The notes beneath the pieces were generated by a model, which was not told where the DNA came from, made no database searches, and saw only the letters and a list, made by a program, of their open reading frames with translations. The position numbers and the translations under genes are program-made. A DNA stretch of 49,272 nucleotides. Source: Clostridioides phage phiCD508. Shown piece by piece: positions 8,053 to 16,452 of the stretch. The stretch lies in sequence record OR295560.1, one strand, 5' to 3'. Numbering within the stretch: position 1 is the stretch's first letter; the number at the start of each line of letters is the position of its first letter.

Positions 8053-8083
8053 AAGGTTATAAATAAAGTTAGGAGGGATTAAT

Positions 8084-8296
8084 ATAAAAAATAATTTACA
8101 ATATATTAGAAAAGAATCTAGAATATCACAAAAAAAATTCGCTGATAAGATAGGTATATCAAGACCGTATTTATCTAGAATAGAAAACGGTAAGGTTAAT
8201 CCGAGTTTAGAAATAGCGCATAAAATCTCGCTCGAAACAGGGAAAACAATAAATGAAATTTTTTTTGATTTTACTGTAAATCATAGTAAACTATAA
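8084..8296 (+). CDS. Cro-like XRE HTH protein with an apparent non-AUG start (ATA 8084 or ATT 8078)
   Basis: The frame is open from 8063 to TAA 8294-8296 and encodes ...ISQKKFADKIGISRPYLSRIENGKVNPSLEIAHKISLETGKTINEIF, a canonical HTH_3. There is no in-frame ATG/GTG/TTG after the RBS. Confidence 0.45.
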   Translation: MKNNLQYIRKESRISQKKFADKIGISRPYLSRIENGKVNPSLEIAHKISLETGKTINEIFFDFTVNHSKL

Positions 8297-8590
8297 GGTT
8301 TTAATTGTACCTTGAAAACTAAATATAAAATATTTTAAAGGAGCAAGTATATGAAAAATAAAGAAAAAGAAATAATCATTAGAGGAATTTTAATAGGAAT
8401 TTTTTATTTTTTAGGAATTGTATTTAGTAATACTTTTTTTAAATAATAAATAGAAGGGGTAGGTGAAATACCAACTCCCCAAATCAAAATAACACTTTGG
8501 AAGTTAAATATAGAATATTCAAAAGAGGTGATTAGATGGAAATAGAGCAAACAACAATACGCCTGCTAAAAAGCAGACGAAAGTTGAATA

Positions 8591-8809
8591 TTAATTTCTA
8601 TTTTGGTTAGGCGAAAGACCTAACAAAAAATCTGTAGATACATTAAGTTTGTTAGAAATTAATATTAAAGTTTCTATATTTGGCTCTCTTGAACCCGATT
8701 CATAATATTGATATGCACGTTCTGAGATACCAAACAAACTAGCAAATTGCTTTTGAGTCATATTCATTTGCTTTCTTACTAGCTTAATATTATCTTTGAA
8801 TTTAGTCAT
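8591..8809 (-). CDS. XRE-family HTH repressor (start at the internal ATG 8809 of the 8591..8938 ORF)
   Basis: MTKFKDNIKLVRKQMNMTQKQFASLFGISERAYQYYESG... Confidence 0.6.
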   Translation of the reverse strand: MTKFKDNIKLVRKQMNMTQKQFASLFGISERAYQYYESGSREPNIETLILISNKLNVSTDFLLGLSPNQNRN

Positions 8810-8845
8810 AACTACACGCTCCAATAAAAAAATAAATAAATTTCT

Positions 8846-8904
8846 TGACACGAACAATATTAGCGTGTAATATATAAAACATAGCACGAACAATATTGGC
8901 GTGT
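8846..8904. promoter_or_regulatory. Divergent switch region: -35 TTGACA / -10 TAATAT promoter with two 20-bp operator copies
   Basis: The operator copies are cACGAACAATATTaGCGTGt and cACGAACAATATTgGCGTGt, each with inverted ends ACACG..CGTGT. Copy 1 spans the promoter spacer. Confidence 0.55.
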
Positions 8905-8921
8905 TAAATAAAAAGGAGAGG

Positions 8922-9116
8922 GTGAAAATAAATAACAATTTAAAACTACAACGTGAAAAAGTTGGCTTAACGCAATTAGAGGTTGCTCAAAAAGCCAAAA
9001 TAACAGAGAGAAGCTATCAATATTATGAAGCTGGCGAACGTCTCCCAAACATTCGTACAGCTTTAAAGATAGCTAGAATTTTAAATACTAATTGTGAAAA
9101 ACTCTTTAATGAATAA
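8922..9116 (+). CDS. XRE-family HTH protein (GTG start after RBS aaaaggagag)
   Basis: VKINNNLKLQREKVGLTQLEVAQKAKITERSYQYYEAGERLPNIRTALKIARIL. Confidence 0.6.
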   Translation: MKINNNLKLQREKVGLTQLEVAQKAKITERSYQYYEAGERLPNIRTALKIARILNTNCEKLFNE

Positions 9117-9157
9117 TAGCATAAAAGGACTCAGATTACAAGAAAGGAGCTTTAGAT

Positions 9158-9952
9158 ATGAATAATTTGCAACTTAACAATAAAAATACAATAACAACAT
9201 TAGAAATTGCTGATATGTTAGAAATTAACCATTGGGAAGTATTGAGAAAATTAGAAGGCACAGAAAAAACAAAAGGAATTATTGATATTCTTAACGACAA
9301 CAATTTTGTTGTGGTTGATTACTTTATAAAATCAGCTTATTTAGATTTAAAAAATGAAAATAGAAAATGTTACAATGTAACGAAATTAGGCTGTGACTTT
9401 TTAGCAAATAAATTTACTGGAGAAAAAGGAATTATTTTTACAGCTAGATATGTAAAAAGATTTAATAAAATGGAGCAAGAGTTAAAAGAACAACAACCTA
9501 AACTACCAACTACATACAAAGAAGCATTACAACAGTTATTAATAGAAGTTGAAGAAAAAGAACAATTACAATTAGAAAATCAAGAAAAAGATAAGGTAAT
9601 TCAGTTACAGCAACCAAAAGTATTATTTGCTGATTCGGTAGCGTCTTCTGACAATTCAATCCTAGTTGGAGAATTAGCAAAGTTGCTTAGACAGAATGGA
9701 ATTGATACAGGACAAAATAGATTATTTGACTGGTTAAGAAATAATGGTTACTTAATAAAACGTAAAGGTGAGGATTACAATACACCAACTCAAAAAAGTG
9801 TAGATTTAGGAGTTATAGAAACAAAAGAAGGTACAAGAGTACATCCAGATGGTCATACAAGTATTACTAAAACACCTAAGATTACTGGTAAGGGACAAAT
9901 ATACTTTATTAATAAGTTTAAAAAGAACAATCAAATATCAATGTTAGGTTAA
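9158..9952 (+). CDS. Phage antirepressor (Rha-like N-terminal domain plus KilA-C-like C-terminal domain)
   Basis: 264 aa. N-terminal ITTLEIADMLEINHWEVLRKLEG; C-terminal LFADSVASSDNSILVGELAKLL...LFDWLRNNGYLIKRK. Confidence 0.65.
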   Translation: MNNLQLNNKNTITTLEIADMLEINHWEVLRKLEGTEKTKGIIDILNDNNFVVVDYFIKSAYLDLKNENRKCYNVTKLGCDFLANKFTGEKGIIFTARYVKRFNKMEQELKEQQPKLPTTYKEALQQLLIEVEEKEQLQLENQEKDKVIQLQQPKVLFADSVASSDNSILVGELAKLLRQNGIDTGQNRLFDWLRNNGYLIKRKGEDYNTPTQKSVDLGVIETKEGTRVHPDGHTSITKTPKITGKGQIYFINKFKKNNQISMLG

Positions 9953-10035
9953 AGATTAATAGCACTTTGAAAACTAAATACAGAATATTTTGAAATATAT
10001 TGTTTTAATTAATTATTAACTAGGAGGTTAAATAC

Positions 10036-10416
10036 ATGAAAAATAATACAAGCGATTCAAGAGTAAAATATTTTTGCAAGTGTCCATATTGTGGGTTTGA
10101 TAATGAGGTAGAAGTTAAAAAAGGGTCGAAGCCTAAAATATGTTGTATATGTACAAAAGAAGTTGAGTATGAAAAATTGGAGCAACAAAGTGTTTTGGAA
10201 AATACCGAAATTAAAGAAGTATGTAATCAAATGAAAATTAAAAAATTAGCACTAGCAACAGGAGAAGTATTTGAAAATATAGAGCTCAAAGAATTTGAAA
10301 ATAAAGGAGAATGCTTACCACCAAATATGGTAAAGGTTATTGATGGTAAGCAAGAACTTCTAATAAATAAAGAGTTCATATTATCATTAGAAGTCAAAAG
10401 AAAGACTACTTTTTAG
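10036..10416 (+). CDS. Zinc-ribbon containing hypothetical protein
   Basis: 126 aa; CKCPYCGFDN...CCICTKE. Confidence 0.4.
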   Translation: MKNNTSDSRVKYFCKCPYCGFDNEVEVKKGSKPKICCICTKEVEYEKLEQQSVLENTEIKEVCNQMKIKKLALATGEVFENIELKEFENKGECLPPNMVKVIDGKQELLINKEFILSLEVKRKTTF

Positions 10417-10616
10417 GACCTTTCTTAGTTTGTGACAAAGCACTACCAGCAACCGATTTGGAAGCAGCACTATATCTTCCGTCTTTAAGAATCTTACTAG
10501 CCTTAGAAGCAACAGTTTTACTTGTTTGTTTAGTATTTTTAGCTATAGGTATCACCACCTTTAAATGTATTTATAGGATTTATCCTACAAATATAGTATA
10601 TCAAAGGAGGGAAATA

Positions 10617-10814
10617 ATGGCAATTAATGACAACATAAATAAAATTTTAAGAGATAGAGATTTAAAAGCGTGGAAATTAGCAAAAGAAATAGGCGTAGAT
10701 TCAGGAAATTTATATGCAATTTTAAGAGGAGAAAATAAAAATCCAACTATAGATACATTGATAAAACTAGCTGACTATTTAGATGTTACATTAGACGAAT
10801 TAGTTGGAAGATAG
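10617..10814 (+). CDS. XRE-family HTH protein (start ATG 10617 after RBS aaaggaggg; ORF track starts at 10458)
   Basis: MAINDNINKILRDRDLKAWKLAKEIGVDSGNLYAILRGENKNPTIDTLIKLADYL. Confidence 0.6.
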   Translation: MAINDNINKILRDRDLKAWKLAKEIGVDSGNLYAILRGENKNPTIDTLIKLADYLDVTLDELVGR

Positions 10815-10843
10815 AAATTAAATACAGAATATTTTGAAAGTAG

Positions 10844-11059
10844 GTGTATTGTATGGCAAAAGCAGTAGCTAAAGAACAATTGTTTTATAGGGCAAAAGAT
10901 ATAGCTAAGATTTTAGATGTATGTGAAGCAACCGCTTATAAAATAATTGGAGAATTAAATAAAGAATTAGAAAAAGAAGGTTGGAAGACCTTTCCTGGAA
11001 GGGTATCAGTAACTTATTTCAAAGAAAGATATTGTTATAAAACAAAAAAAGGGGCATAA
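10844..11059 (+). CDS. Excisionase/AlpA-type small HTH DNA-binding protein (candidate Xis)
   Basis: 71 aa; AKDIAKILDVCEATAYKIIGEL followed by GRVSVTYFKERY, resembling HTH_17/Xis-Tn916-type proteins. Confidence 0.45.
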   Translation: MYCMAKAVAKEQLFYRAKDIAKILDVCEATAYKIIGELNKELEKEGWKTFPGRVSVTYFKERYCYKTKKGA

Positions 11060-11230
11060 AAAATGCTATGAGAGTAGCTAAAGATATGTTTCCTAAAGTA
11101 ATTGTATAAAGAGGAAGGGGGTGATTTAGTTGAATGTAAGAGTACTGATAGCTTATATACAGTTTTGTAAGCAATACAATAAGAAAGCGAGTTTTGAAGG
11201 TCTTAAAAAATACAATAAGGGGATAGTGAT

Positions 11231-11458
11231 ATAAAAAAACTTAAAGTAAAATTTCCTACAAAAATTCTTAAAGCAGGTAAAGCAATCAGAGTAACATGTG
11301 CAAGATTTGGTTTTGAAAGCGATTGTATAATAACTCAATCGCAAGAATTTGAATTAACAGTAGTTTATTTTGATAAAGAATTAGATGATTTAGTACAATC
11401 GTCTATAACTATAGATGATGCAATAAGCTATGATTATTGCATTGAAACGTTAAATTAA
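11231..11458 (+). CDS. Hypothetical protein, possibly initiated at a non-AUG codon (ATA 11231)
   Basis: Open frame 11219-11458 encoding ...KILKAGKAIRVTCARFGFESDCIITQSQEFELTVVYFDKELDDLVQ...; it is protein-like, whereas the overlapping minus-strand ORF (11153..11344) is Cys/Phe-rich junk. Only an ATA follows the RBS-like aaggggatagtg. Confidence 0.25.
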   Translation: MKKLKVKFPTKILKAGKAIRVTCARFGFESDCIITQSQEFELTVVYFDKELDDLVQSSITIDDAISYDYCIETLN

Positions 11459-11471
11459 GAGGGGATTAATC

Positions 11472-11789
11472 ATGAAAAGTTTAATTATAGTGAGAAATTC
11501 AGTAGAGCAACAACTAAATAGAGCTAATTTAGAAATAAATAAAAACGAGCAACTTTATACAAAACTTAGAAAAAAAGAAGAAAGAAATATATCAGAAGAA
11601 ATTGAATTGAGTAATGCTTTAAGAGAAAAAAGTGTAAACGAAAGATTAAAAATATTTGCTGAGTCATTACTAAAAATTATAGATACACAAATTGAAATAA
11701 AAGAATATGAAGAAAGCGAGGATTACAAGATATTTGAATTAATTTCAGAAGAACTTGAAAGAGATATACCTATAGATGTTCAGATATAA
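11472..11789 (+). CDS. Hypothetical coiled-coil protein
   Basis: 105 aa, charged and helical. Confidence 0.4.
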   Translation: MKSLIIVRNSVEQQLNRANLEINKNEQLYTKLRKKEERNISEEIELSNALREKSVNERLKIFAESLLKIIDTQIEIKEYEESEDYKIFELISEELERDIPIDVQI

Positions 11790-11871
11790 GAAAAGAGCCA
11801 CTGCAATGGCTCTAATCAAAAATATATCAAAAATTTAATTAGCTATATTATAGCATAAATGGAGGGAAATT

Positions 11872-12381
11872 ATGAGTACTTTATACGAATTAACTACAGA
11901 TTTATTAGAAATAGAAGAAGGTTTAACAGAAACAACAGGAAATGAAGCTGAAAAACTAGAGGAAATAAAAGAAATAATAAAACAAGAGATACAAAATAAA
12001 AACACTAGGATAGTTTCAGTAATATTAAACATTGACAGTGATATAAACTCTATAGATTCAGAGATTAAAAGATTGCAAGAGTTAAAAAGGGCCAAAAAGA
12101 ATACTCTTGATAAATTAAAAAGCAATATAAAAGACTGTATGGAATTACTTGAGACTAAAAAAGTAGAAACAATTTTAGGAAATATAAGTATAAGAAAGTC
12201 GGCAGGTAGCTTAGTCATAGAAGATGAAGAAAAGATACCTGCTATATATAAAACAGTTGAGCAAGTTGTAAAAGTAGATAAGAACACTATTAAAGACTTT
12301 ATTAAAAAAGGTCATGAGGTTGAAGGTTGTAGGATTGAATATGGAACTACACTAACAATTCCAAAAGCTAAAAAAGAGTAG
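11872..12381 (+). CDS. Siphovirus Gp157-like protein (early, recombination-associated)
   Basis: 169 aa. Sits immediately upstream of ERF. N-terminal MSTLYELTTDLLEIEE with a coiled middle, typical of Sipho_Gp157. Confidence 0.45.
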   Translation: MSTLYELTTDLLEIEEGLTETTGNEAEKLEEIKEIIKQEIQNKNTRIVSVILNIDSDINSIDSEIKRLQELKRAKKNTLDKLKSNIKDCMELLETKKVETILGNISIRKSAGSLVIEDEEKIPAIYKTVEQVVKVDKNTIKDFIKKGHEVEGCRIEYGTTLTIPKAKKE

Positions 12382-12999
12382 GTGAGGACCATGGAAACTA
12401 ATAATGTTTATATAAAACTTGTAAATATACAGAGTACTTTAAAAGCTCCTAAAAGTCAATTTAATAGCTTTGGTAAATACAACTATAGGAGTTGTGAGGA
12501 TATACTAGAAGGTTTAAAGCCTATTCTAAAAGAAGAAAAAGCATTGGTTGTATTGGATGATAATATTGTTCAGATAGGAAATAGATTTTATGTAGAAGCT
12601 ACAGCAACTTTAATAGATGCAGAAACAGGAGAAAAAATATCTGTAAAAGCATTAGCTAGAGAAGATGAAACTAAAAAAGGTATGGATTTAGCACAAGTAA
12701 CTGGAAGTGTATCAAGTTATGCAAGAAAGTATGCTTTAAATGGATTATTTTGTATTGATGATACAAAAGATAGTGATGCAACAAATAAACATGGAAATGA
12801 GCAGAAAAAAAAAGAAGTTAATGAGAGCGAATTAAATATACTATATTCGCTAGGAGAATCTATAGAAAAAGATAAAAATAGAGTTGATAGTGAAGTATAT
12901 AAGAAGTTTGGAAAGTTAGCAGTAGATTTGACTAAGCAGGAGTATGAGAAAGTTTTAAATGGATATAAGAGCATTTTAGAGAAGCAAAAACAAGAGTAG
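12382..12999 (+). CDS. erf: ERF-family single-strand annealing protein (recombinase)
   Basis: LKAPKSQFNSFGKYNYRSCEDILEGLKPILKEE...YVEATATLIDAETGE...ALAREDETKKGMDLAQVTGSVSSYARKYALNGLFCIDDTKDSDA closely parallels P22 Erf. Confidence 0.8.
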   Translation: MRTMETNNVYIKLVNIQSTLKAPKSQFNSFGKYNYRSCEDILEGLKPILKEEKALVVLDDNIVQIGNRFYVEATATLIDAETGEKISVKALAREDETKKGMDLAQVTGSVSSYARKYALNGLFCIDDTKDSDATNKHGNEQKKKEVNESELNILYSLGESIEKDKNRVDSEVYKKFGKLAVDLTKQEYEKVLNGYKSILEKQKQE

Positions 13000-13890
13000 G
13001 TGATAGTATTGGGGATTATAAGAGTAAGCAAAGACAAAGATAATCCATATGTAGTTTTAAATAAAACTTGTTTGGAAGATGTGAAATTAAGCTGGCAAGC
13101 AAAAGGTTTACATTCATATCTGATTAGTAAGCCCGACCACTGGAAAATCTATGTTAATGATTTATATAAAAGAAGTAAAAATGGGAGGGATGCTACAGCA
13201 AATATTTTAAGGGAGCTCATAGAAAATGGATATATAACAAGAACACCTTGTCGAGATTCTAATACTAATAAGATGCTTGGAGGATATGATTATCAAGTAT
13301 ATGAGATACCACTTGAAAATCCTCAGAAGCTAAAATCCCGAAAAACTGATTTCCCGGAAACCGGATTTCCCGGAAACCGGGTTTCTCGGAAACCGGAAAA
13401 CACGGAAGTAGTAAGTAATGACTTTAAAGTAAATAATGATATTACTACTATTGTTATTAATGAACAATCCAATAAAGACAAAACCACCTACATAAAAAAA
13501 TACTTTGAAAAATATATAGGTGTGATTACTCCTAATAACTTTATAGAGTTAATGAGTTACTTAGATGATGGAATGGAAGCTGATGTAATTATAAGAGCTA
13601 TTGATGAAGCAATAGCAAATGGAGTTAAGAATTATAAGTATGTAAAGACAATATTAAATAATTGGATAGAAGCAGGTGTAAAAACTAATTTAGAACTTAC
13701 AGAGTATCAAAATGAGTTTGAGAGGAAGAAAAAGAATAAACAGGATAAGAAGCAGTCTAATAGTAAAGCTGTGAATACTCCTAATGTGAGTAAAAATAAG
13801 TTTCATAACTTCAATGAAACATTTACTCAATATTCACCTGACGAACTAGATGACATAATTAAGAAAAGCCAAAAGGTTAAATTTAAATAA
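13000..13890 (+). CDS. Phage replication initiation protein (replisome organiser N-terminal domain plus DnaD-like C-terminal domain)
   Basis: 296 aa. N-terminal LSWQAKGLHSYLISKPDHWKIYVNDLYKRSKNGRDATANILRELIENGYITR. C-terminal FIELMSYLDDGMEADVIIRAIDEAIANGVKNYKYVKTILNNWIEAGVKT is DnaD-like. It contains the iterons. Confidence 0.65.
   Translation: MIVLGIIRVSKDKDNPYVVLNKTCLEDVKLSWQAKGLHSYLISKPDHWKIYVNDLYKRSKNGRDATANILRELIENGYITRTPCRDSNTNKMLGGYDYQVYEIPLENPQKLKSRKTDFPETGFPGNRVSRKPENTEVVSNDFKVNNDITTIVINEQSNKDKTTYIKKYFEKYIGVITPNNFIELMSYLDDGMEADVIIRAIDEAIANGVKNYKYVKTILNNWIEAGVKTNLELTEYQNEFERKKKNKQDKKQSNSKAVNTPNVSKNKFHNFNETFTQYSPDELDDIIKKSQKVKFK
13348..13396. repeat. Three tandem 16-17-bp iterons GATTTCCCGGAAACCGG (GC-rich island inside the initiator gene); putative phage ori
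   Basis: Sequence gatttcccggaaaccg/gatttcccggaaaccgg/gtttctcggaaaccgg. Local GC is far above the 28% background. Confidence 0.6.
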
Positions 13891-13950
13891 AATTAAACTT
13901 CTAGGAAGTAAATATCAATATATTGCTTCCTAGAAAAGGGGAGGTATAAA

Positions 13951-14124
13951 ATGGCGAGAATATATGCACAAAGAAGTGGTTCTTTAAATGAACAAGATAG
14001 ATTGGAGTTATTAAGATTACTTGGGAAAGCTGGATATACAGTAAAGGTTGCTAGAGAGAAGCAAAATAGCAAGACAACTTATACTTACTTTGTTGAGTAT
14101 ACAGAAGAACAGGAAGAAAAATAG
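13951..14124 (+). CDS. Small hypothetical protein (57 aa, below the ORF-track cutoff)
   Basis: RBS aaaaggggaggtataaaATG; MARIYAQRSGSLNEQDRLELLRLLGKAGYTVKVAREKQNSKTTYTYFVEYTEEQEEK. Confidence 0.35.
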   Translation: MARIYAQRSGSLNEQDRLELLRLLGKAGYTVKVAREKQNSKTTYTYFVEYTEEQEEK

Positions 14125-14139
14125 AAGGGGGCTAGTTAA

Positions 14140-14547
14140 ATGAATACAATAACTTTAGTTGGAAGATTAGTTGCAGATGCAGAATTGAAGTACCTTCCAA
14201 ATTCAGGTACTCCAAAAATAACCTTTTCAATGGCAGTAGATAGAAGGTTTAAAGATAAAAATGGAAATAAAATAACTGATTTTATTCAATGTGAGCAATT
14301 AGGAAAACATGTAGAGAATCTAGTGCAATATCTTGTTAAAGCTAAGCCTGTTTATGCTGTTGGAGAGTTAAATATATATAATTACAAAGATGAAAATGGT
14401 TGCTGGAAATCTATTACTAAGGTTAATGTAAATGCTTTAGAACTACTTTCTAGTAAAAATGATAATAATGCTAAACAAGAATATGTACCACCAGGATTAG
14501 ACCCACAAGGTTTTCAAGCAATAGATGATGACGATATACCTTTTTAA
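14140..14547 (+). CDS. ssb: Single-stranded DNA-binding protein
   Basis: OB-fold N-terminus MNTITLVGRLVADAELKYLPNSGTPKITFSMAV and the acidic C-terminal tail DDDDIPF. Confidence 0.85.
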   Translation: MNTITLVGRLVADAELKYLPNSGTPKITFSMAVDRRFKDKNGNKITDFIQCEQLGKHVENLVQYLVKAKPVYAVGELNIYNYKDENGCWKSITKVNVNALELLSSKNDNNAKQEYVPPGLDPQGFQAIDDDDIPF

Positions 14548-14596
14548 TTAAGTTAAATAGTCTAGGGAGTGATTATACAATATTACTTCCTAGGAG

Positions 14597-15118
14597 TTGA
14601 AAAATATTGGAGGTCTAAGAGTGAAATATGAGTGTGAGAAAGTGTTCTTAGAATGCGATAAGGGAAGTTTTGAGATAAATGATACAAGAATTGAAGAAGT
14701 AACATTCGAGGGTACAGAAATAGACAATCCGTTTGAGAGAGTAAAATATGAAGGGACTTTTACAATAATATCTGGATGGGATTCTTTATTGAGAGATATA
14801 TTGTGGCTTGAAATGCGGAAAGTCTTAAAAATTATAACAAGAAAAATGATGATGGGGGTATTAGGAATGATAATAATTAGAAGTCAAGATAGATTAGATT
14901 TAATGAGAGTTAACAGAGTTGAAATATACGATAAACAAGTATTTGTAATATTTGAAGATGATGTCAAACGAATAGGTGTATATGAAAGTAATGAAAGAGC
15001 TATTGAAGTATTAAACAGAATACAGGAGGCTATTATTGCAGGAACTAAGTTTGACATTATAAATAAAGACGGGGTTAGATGCAACAAAGAAAAAGTGTTT
15101 GAAATGCCAGTTGAATAA
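14597..15118 (+). CDS. Hypothetical protein
   Basis: 173 aa; likely GTG start near 14629 after ttggagg. Confidence 0.35.
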   Translation: MKNIGGLRVKYECEKVFLECDKGSFEINDTRIEEVTFEGTEIDNPFERVKYEGTFTIISGWDSLLRDILWLEMRKVLKIITRKMMMGVLGMIIIRSQDRLDLMRVNRVEIYDKQVFVIFEDDVKRIGVYESNERAIEVLNRIQEAIIAGTKFDIINKDGVRCNKEKVFEMPVE

Positions 15119-15497
15119 GGAGGGAGCTGAAATGTTAAAGGTTGAAAAATATTTTAATGGTTCTGTTGCAGATAACATATTTGAAGATGATTTGACTCTT
15201 AGAAACTACTTAGCACTATATTGTTGTGTTTATGGAGTAAGAAAAAATGGAGAGCTTGTATTTCCAACTTCTGAAAAAATGCTAATAGAGTTTAATGTTG
15301 ATAAAAATAGAAAAAAGAAAAAGAAAGGTTCAAAGGTAAAGTTGATTAATGCCAAAACTGGTGAAGAAAAAATATTTGATTCTATAGATAGTGCAGCGTG
15401 TTTTTTAAGACTACAGAGTCAGGCAGTTTACCAAACAATTAAAAAGAAAACTAAAACAAGAAGTGGCTGGAAAGCTGAATATATTAAGGAGGAATAA
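15099..15497 (+). CDS. Hypothetical protein (probable start MLKVEKY at 15132)
   Basis: 132 aa; RBS aaggagggagctgaaATG. Confidence 0.35.
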   Translation: MKCQLNKEGAEMLKVEKYFNGSVADNIFEDDLTLRNYLALYCCVYGVRKNGELVFPTSEKMLIEFNVDKNRKKKKKGSKVKLINAKTGEEKIFDSIDSAACFLRLQSQAVYQTIKKKTKTRSGWKAEYIKEE

Positions 15498-15614
15498 TGG
15501 AAGTTTCAAGGACTGAATACACAATTAAAAGAGCAAAAGAGTTGTATGACAATGGAGAGGACATATTTATTGCTATAGATAAGGCTAGAGAAGAATATGA
15601 GGAGATGATTAAAA

Positions 15615-16064
15615 GTGAGTTTAATTAAGTACAGAGGTTATGATTTTGAGAACGAAAAGTGGATTTATTCAGCAACAATAATGTGGAGTAATATACTTGA
15701 ATGTTTAGTTATGTTGACAGAGGGTTGCAAATGGCAGAAAGTCTCTAATGTTGGGGTATGCTCTGGAGAATGGGCTAGAAACAATCAAGAAATTTGTGAA
15801 GGGGATATATTGAAAGGATATGATAATTCTAGTGATACAAGCCAATATGGAGTTGTAAAAAGAGATTTTAATAGTATTAAGTTATATTTGGAATGGCATT
15901 ATTTAAAGAAGTTTGAAGGAGAATGGATAGAGCTTATAAATAAAACAGAAATATATCATAGTAGAGATTACAAAGTAATTGGTAATGAATATGAGAATTT
16001 AGAGGAAGTCAGAACAGAGTTCTTAGAACGTAAGGAGAGTCTTGAAAATGAATATCTTAGCTAG
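15615..16064 (+). CDS. YopX-like phage protein
   Basis: N-terminal MSLIKYRGYDFENEKWIYS resembles the YopX family M.IKFRAWDK motif. Confidence 0.4.
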   Translation: MSLIKYRGYDFENEKWIYSATIMWSNILECLVMLTEGCKWQKVSNVGVCSGEWARNNQEICEGDILKGYDNSSDTSQYGVVKRDFNSIKLYLEWHYLKKFEGEWIELINKTEIYHSRDYKVIGNEYENLEEVRTEFLERKESLENEYLS

Positions 16065-16164
16065 TGCGATATTAGTAATAGGAAGTTTTATAACTGGTAG
16101 AGTTTATGAGTATAGATTGAATCTAAAAGAGTGTGAAAATTGCGACAATAAAAGAGGTGTATAA
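16048..16164 (+). CDS. Small TM peptide (38 aa)
   Basis: MNILASAILVIGSFITGRVYEYRLNLKECENCDNKRGV; RBS taaggagagt; shares LAS..SFIT with the 4016 peptide. Confidence 0.25.
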   Translation: MNILASAILVIGSFITGRVYEYRLNLKECENCDNKRGV

Positions 16165-16166
16165 GA

Positions 16167-16343
16167 ATGGATGATAGATTAGAAATGATAAATGCTTCTG
16201 TAAATTATATACAGATGATATGTGAAAGTTCAAATATAGCTATTATAGCAGAGCGAGGAAGAGTTAGAATATTAGATTTAGAAACTAAAGAAAAATATGA
16301 TTTATTAAAAAATAAACTCGAGGAAATGTTAGAAGAAATATAA
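16167..16343 (+). CDS. Small hypothetical protein (58 aa)
   Basis: MDDRLEMINASVNYIQMICESSNIAIIAERGRVRILDLETKEKYDLLKNKLEEMLEEI. Confidence 0.3.
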   Translation: MDDRLEMINASVNYIQMICESSNIAIIAERGRVRILDLETKEKYDLLKNKLEEMLEEI

Positions 16344-16378
16344 GTGAAAATATCTAATTAAGACAGTTTAGAGAGTTA

Positions 16379-16442
16379 CAAAATATCTTTTAGTATAAAT
16401 TATTGTTGAAGTGTTTTGTGACTCTCAAAAATGAAAATAAGG
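16379..16442. repeat. About 64-bp direct repeat, copy 1 (upstream of the methyltransferase gene)
   Basis: caaaatatcttttagtataaattattgttgaagtgttttgtgactctcaaaaatgaaaataagg; about 90% identical to 17533-17595. Confidence 0.7.
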
Positions 16443-16452
16443 AGGCGTTGTA

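Noticed and set aside
11153-11344. Minus-strand 63-aa ORF
   Set aside because: Its Cys/Phe/Tyr-rich junk composition makes it unlikely. The plus-strand frame over the same DNA encodes protein-like sequence, though with a non-AUG start, so the plus strand is preferred.
11835-13037. Minus-strand ORFs antisense to the Gp157-like and ERF genes (11835..12287, 12717..13037)
   Set aside because: They are Ser/Phe/Leu-rich antisense artefacts of AT-rich coding sequence with no RBS.
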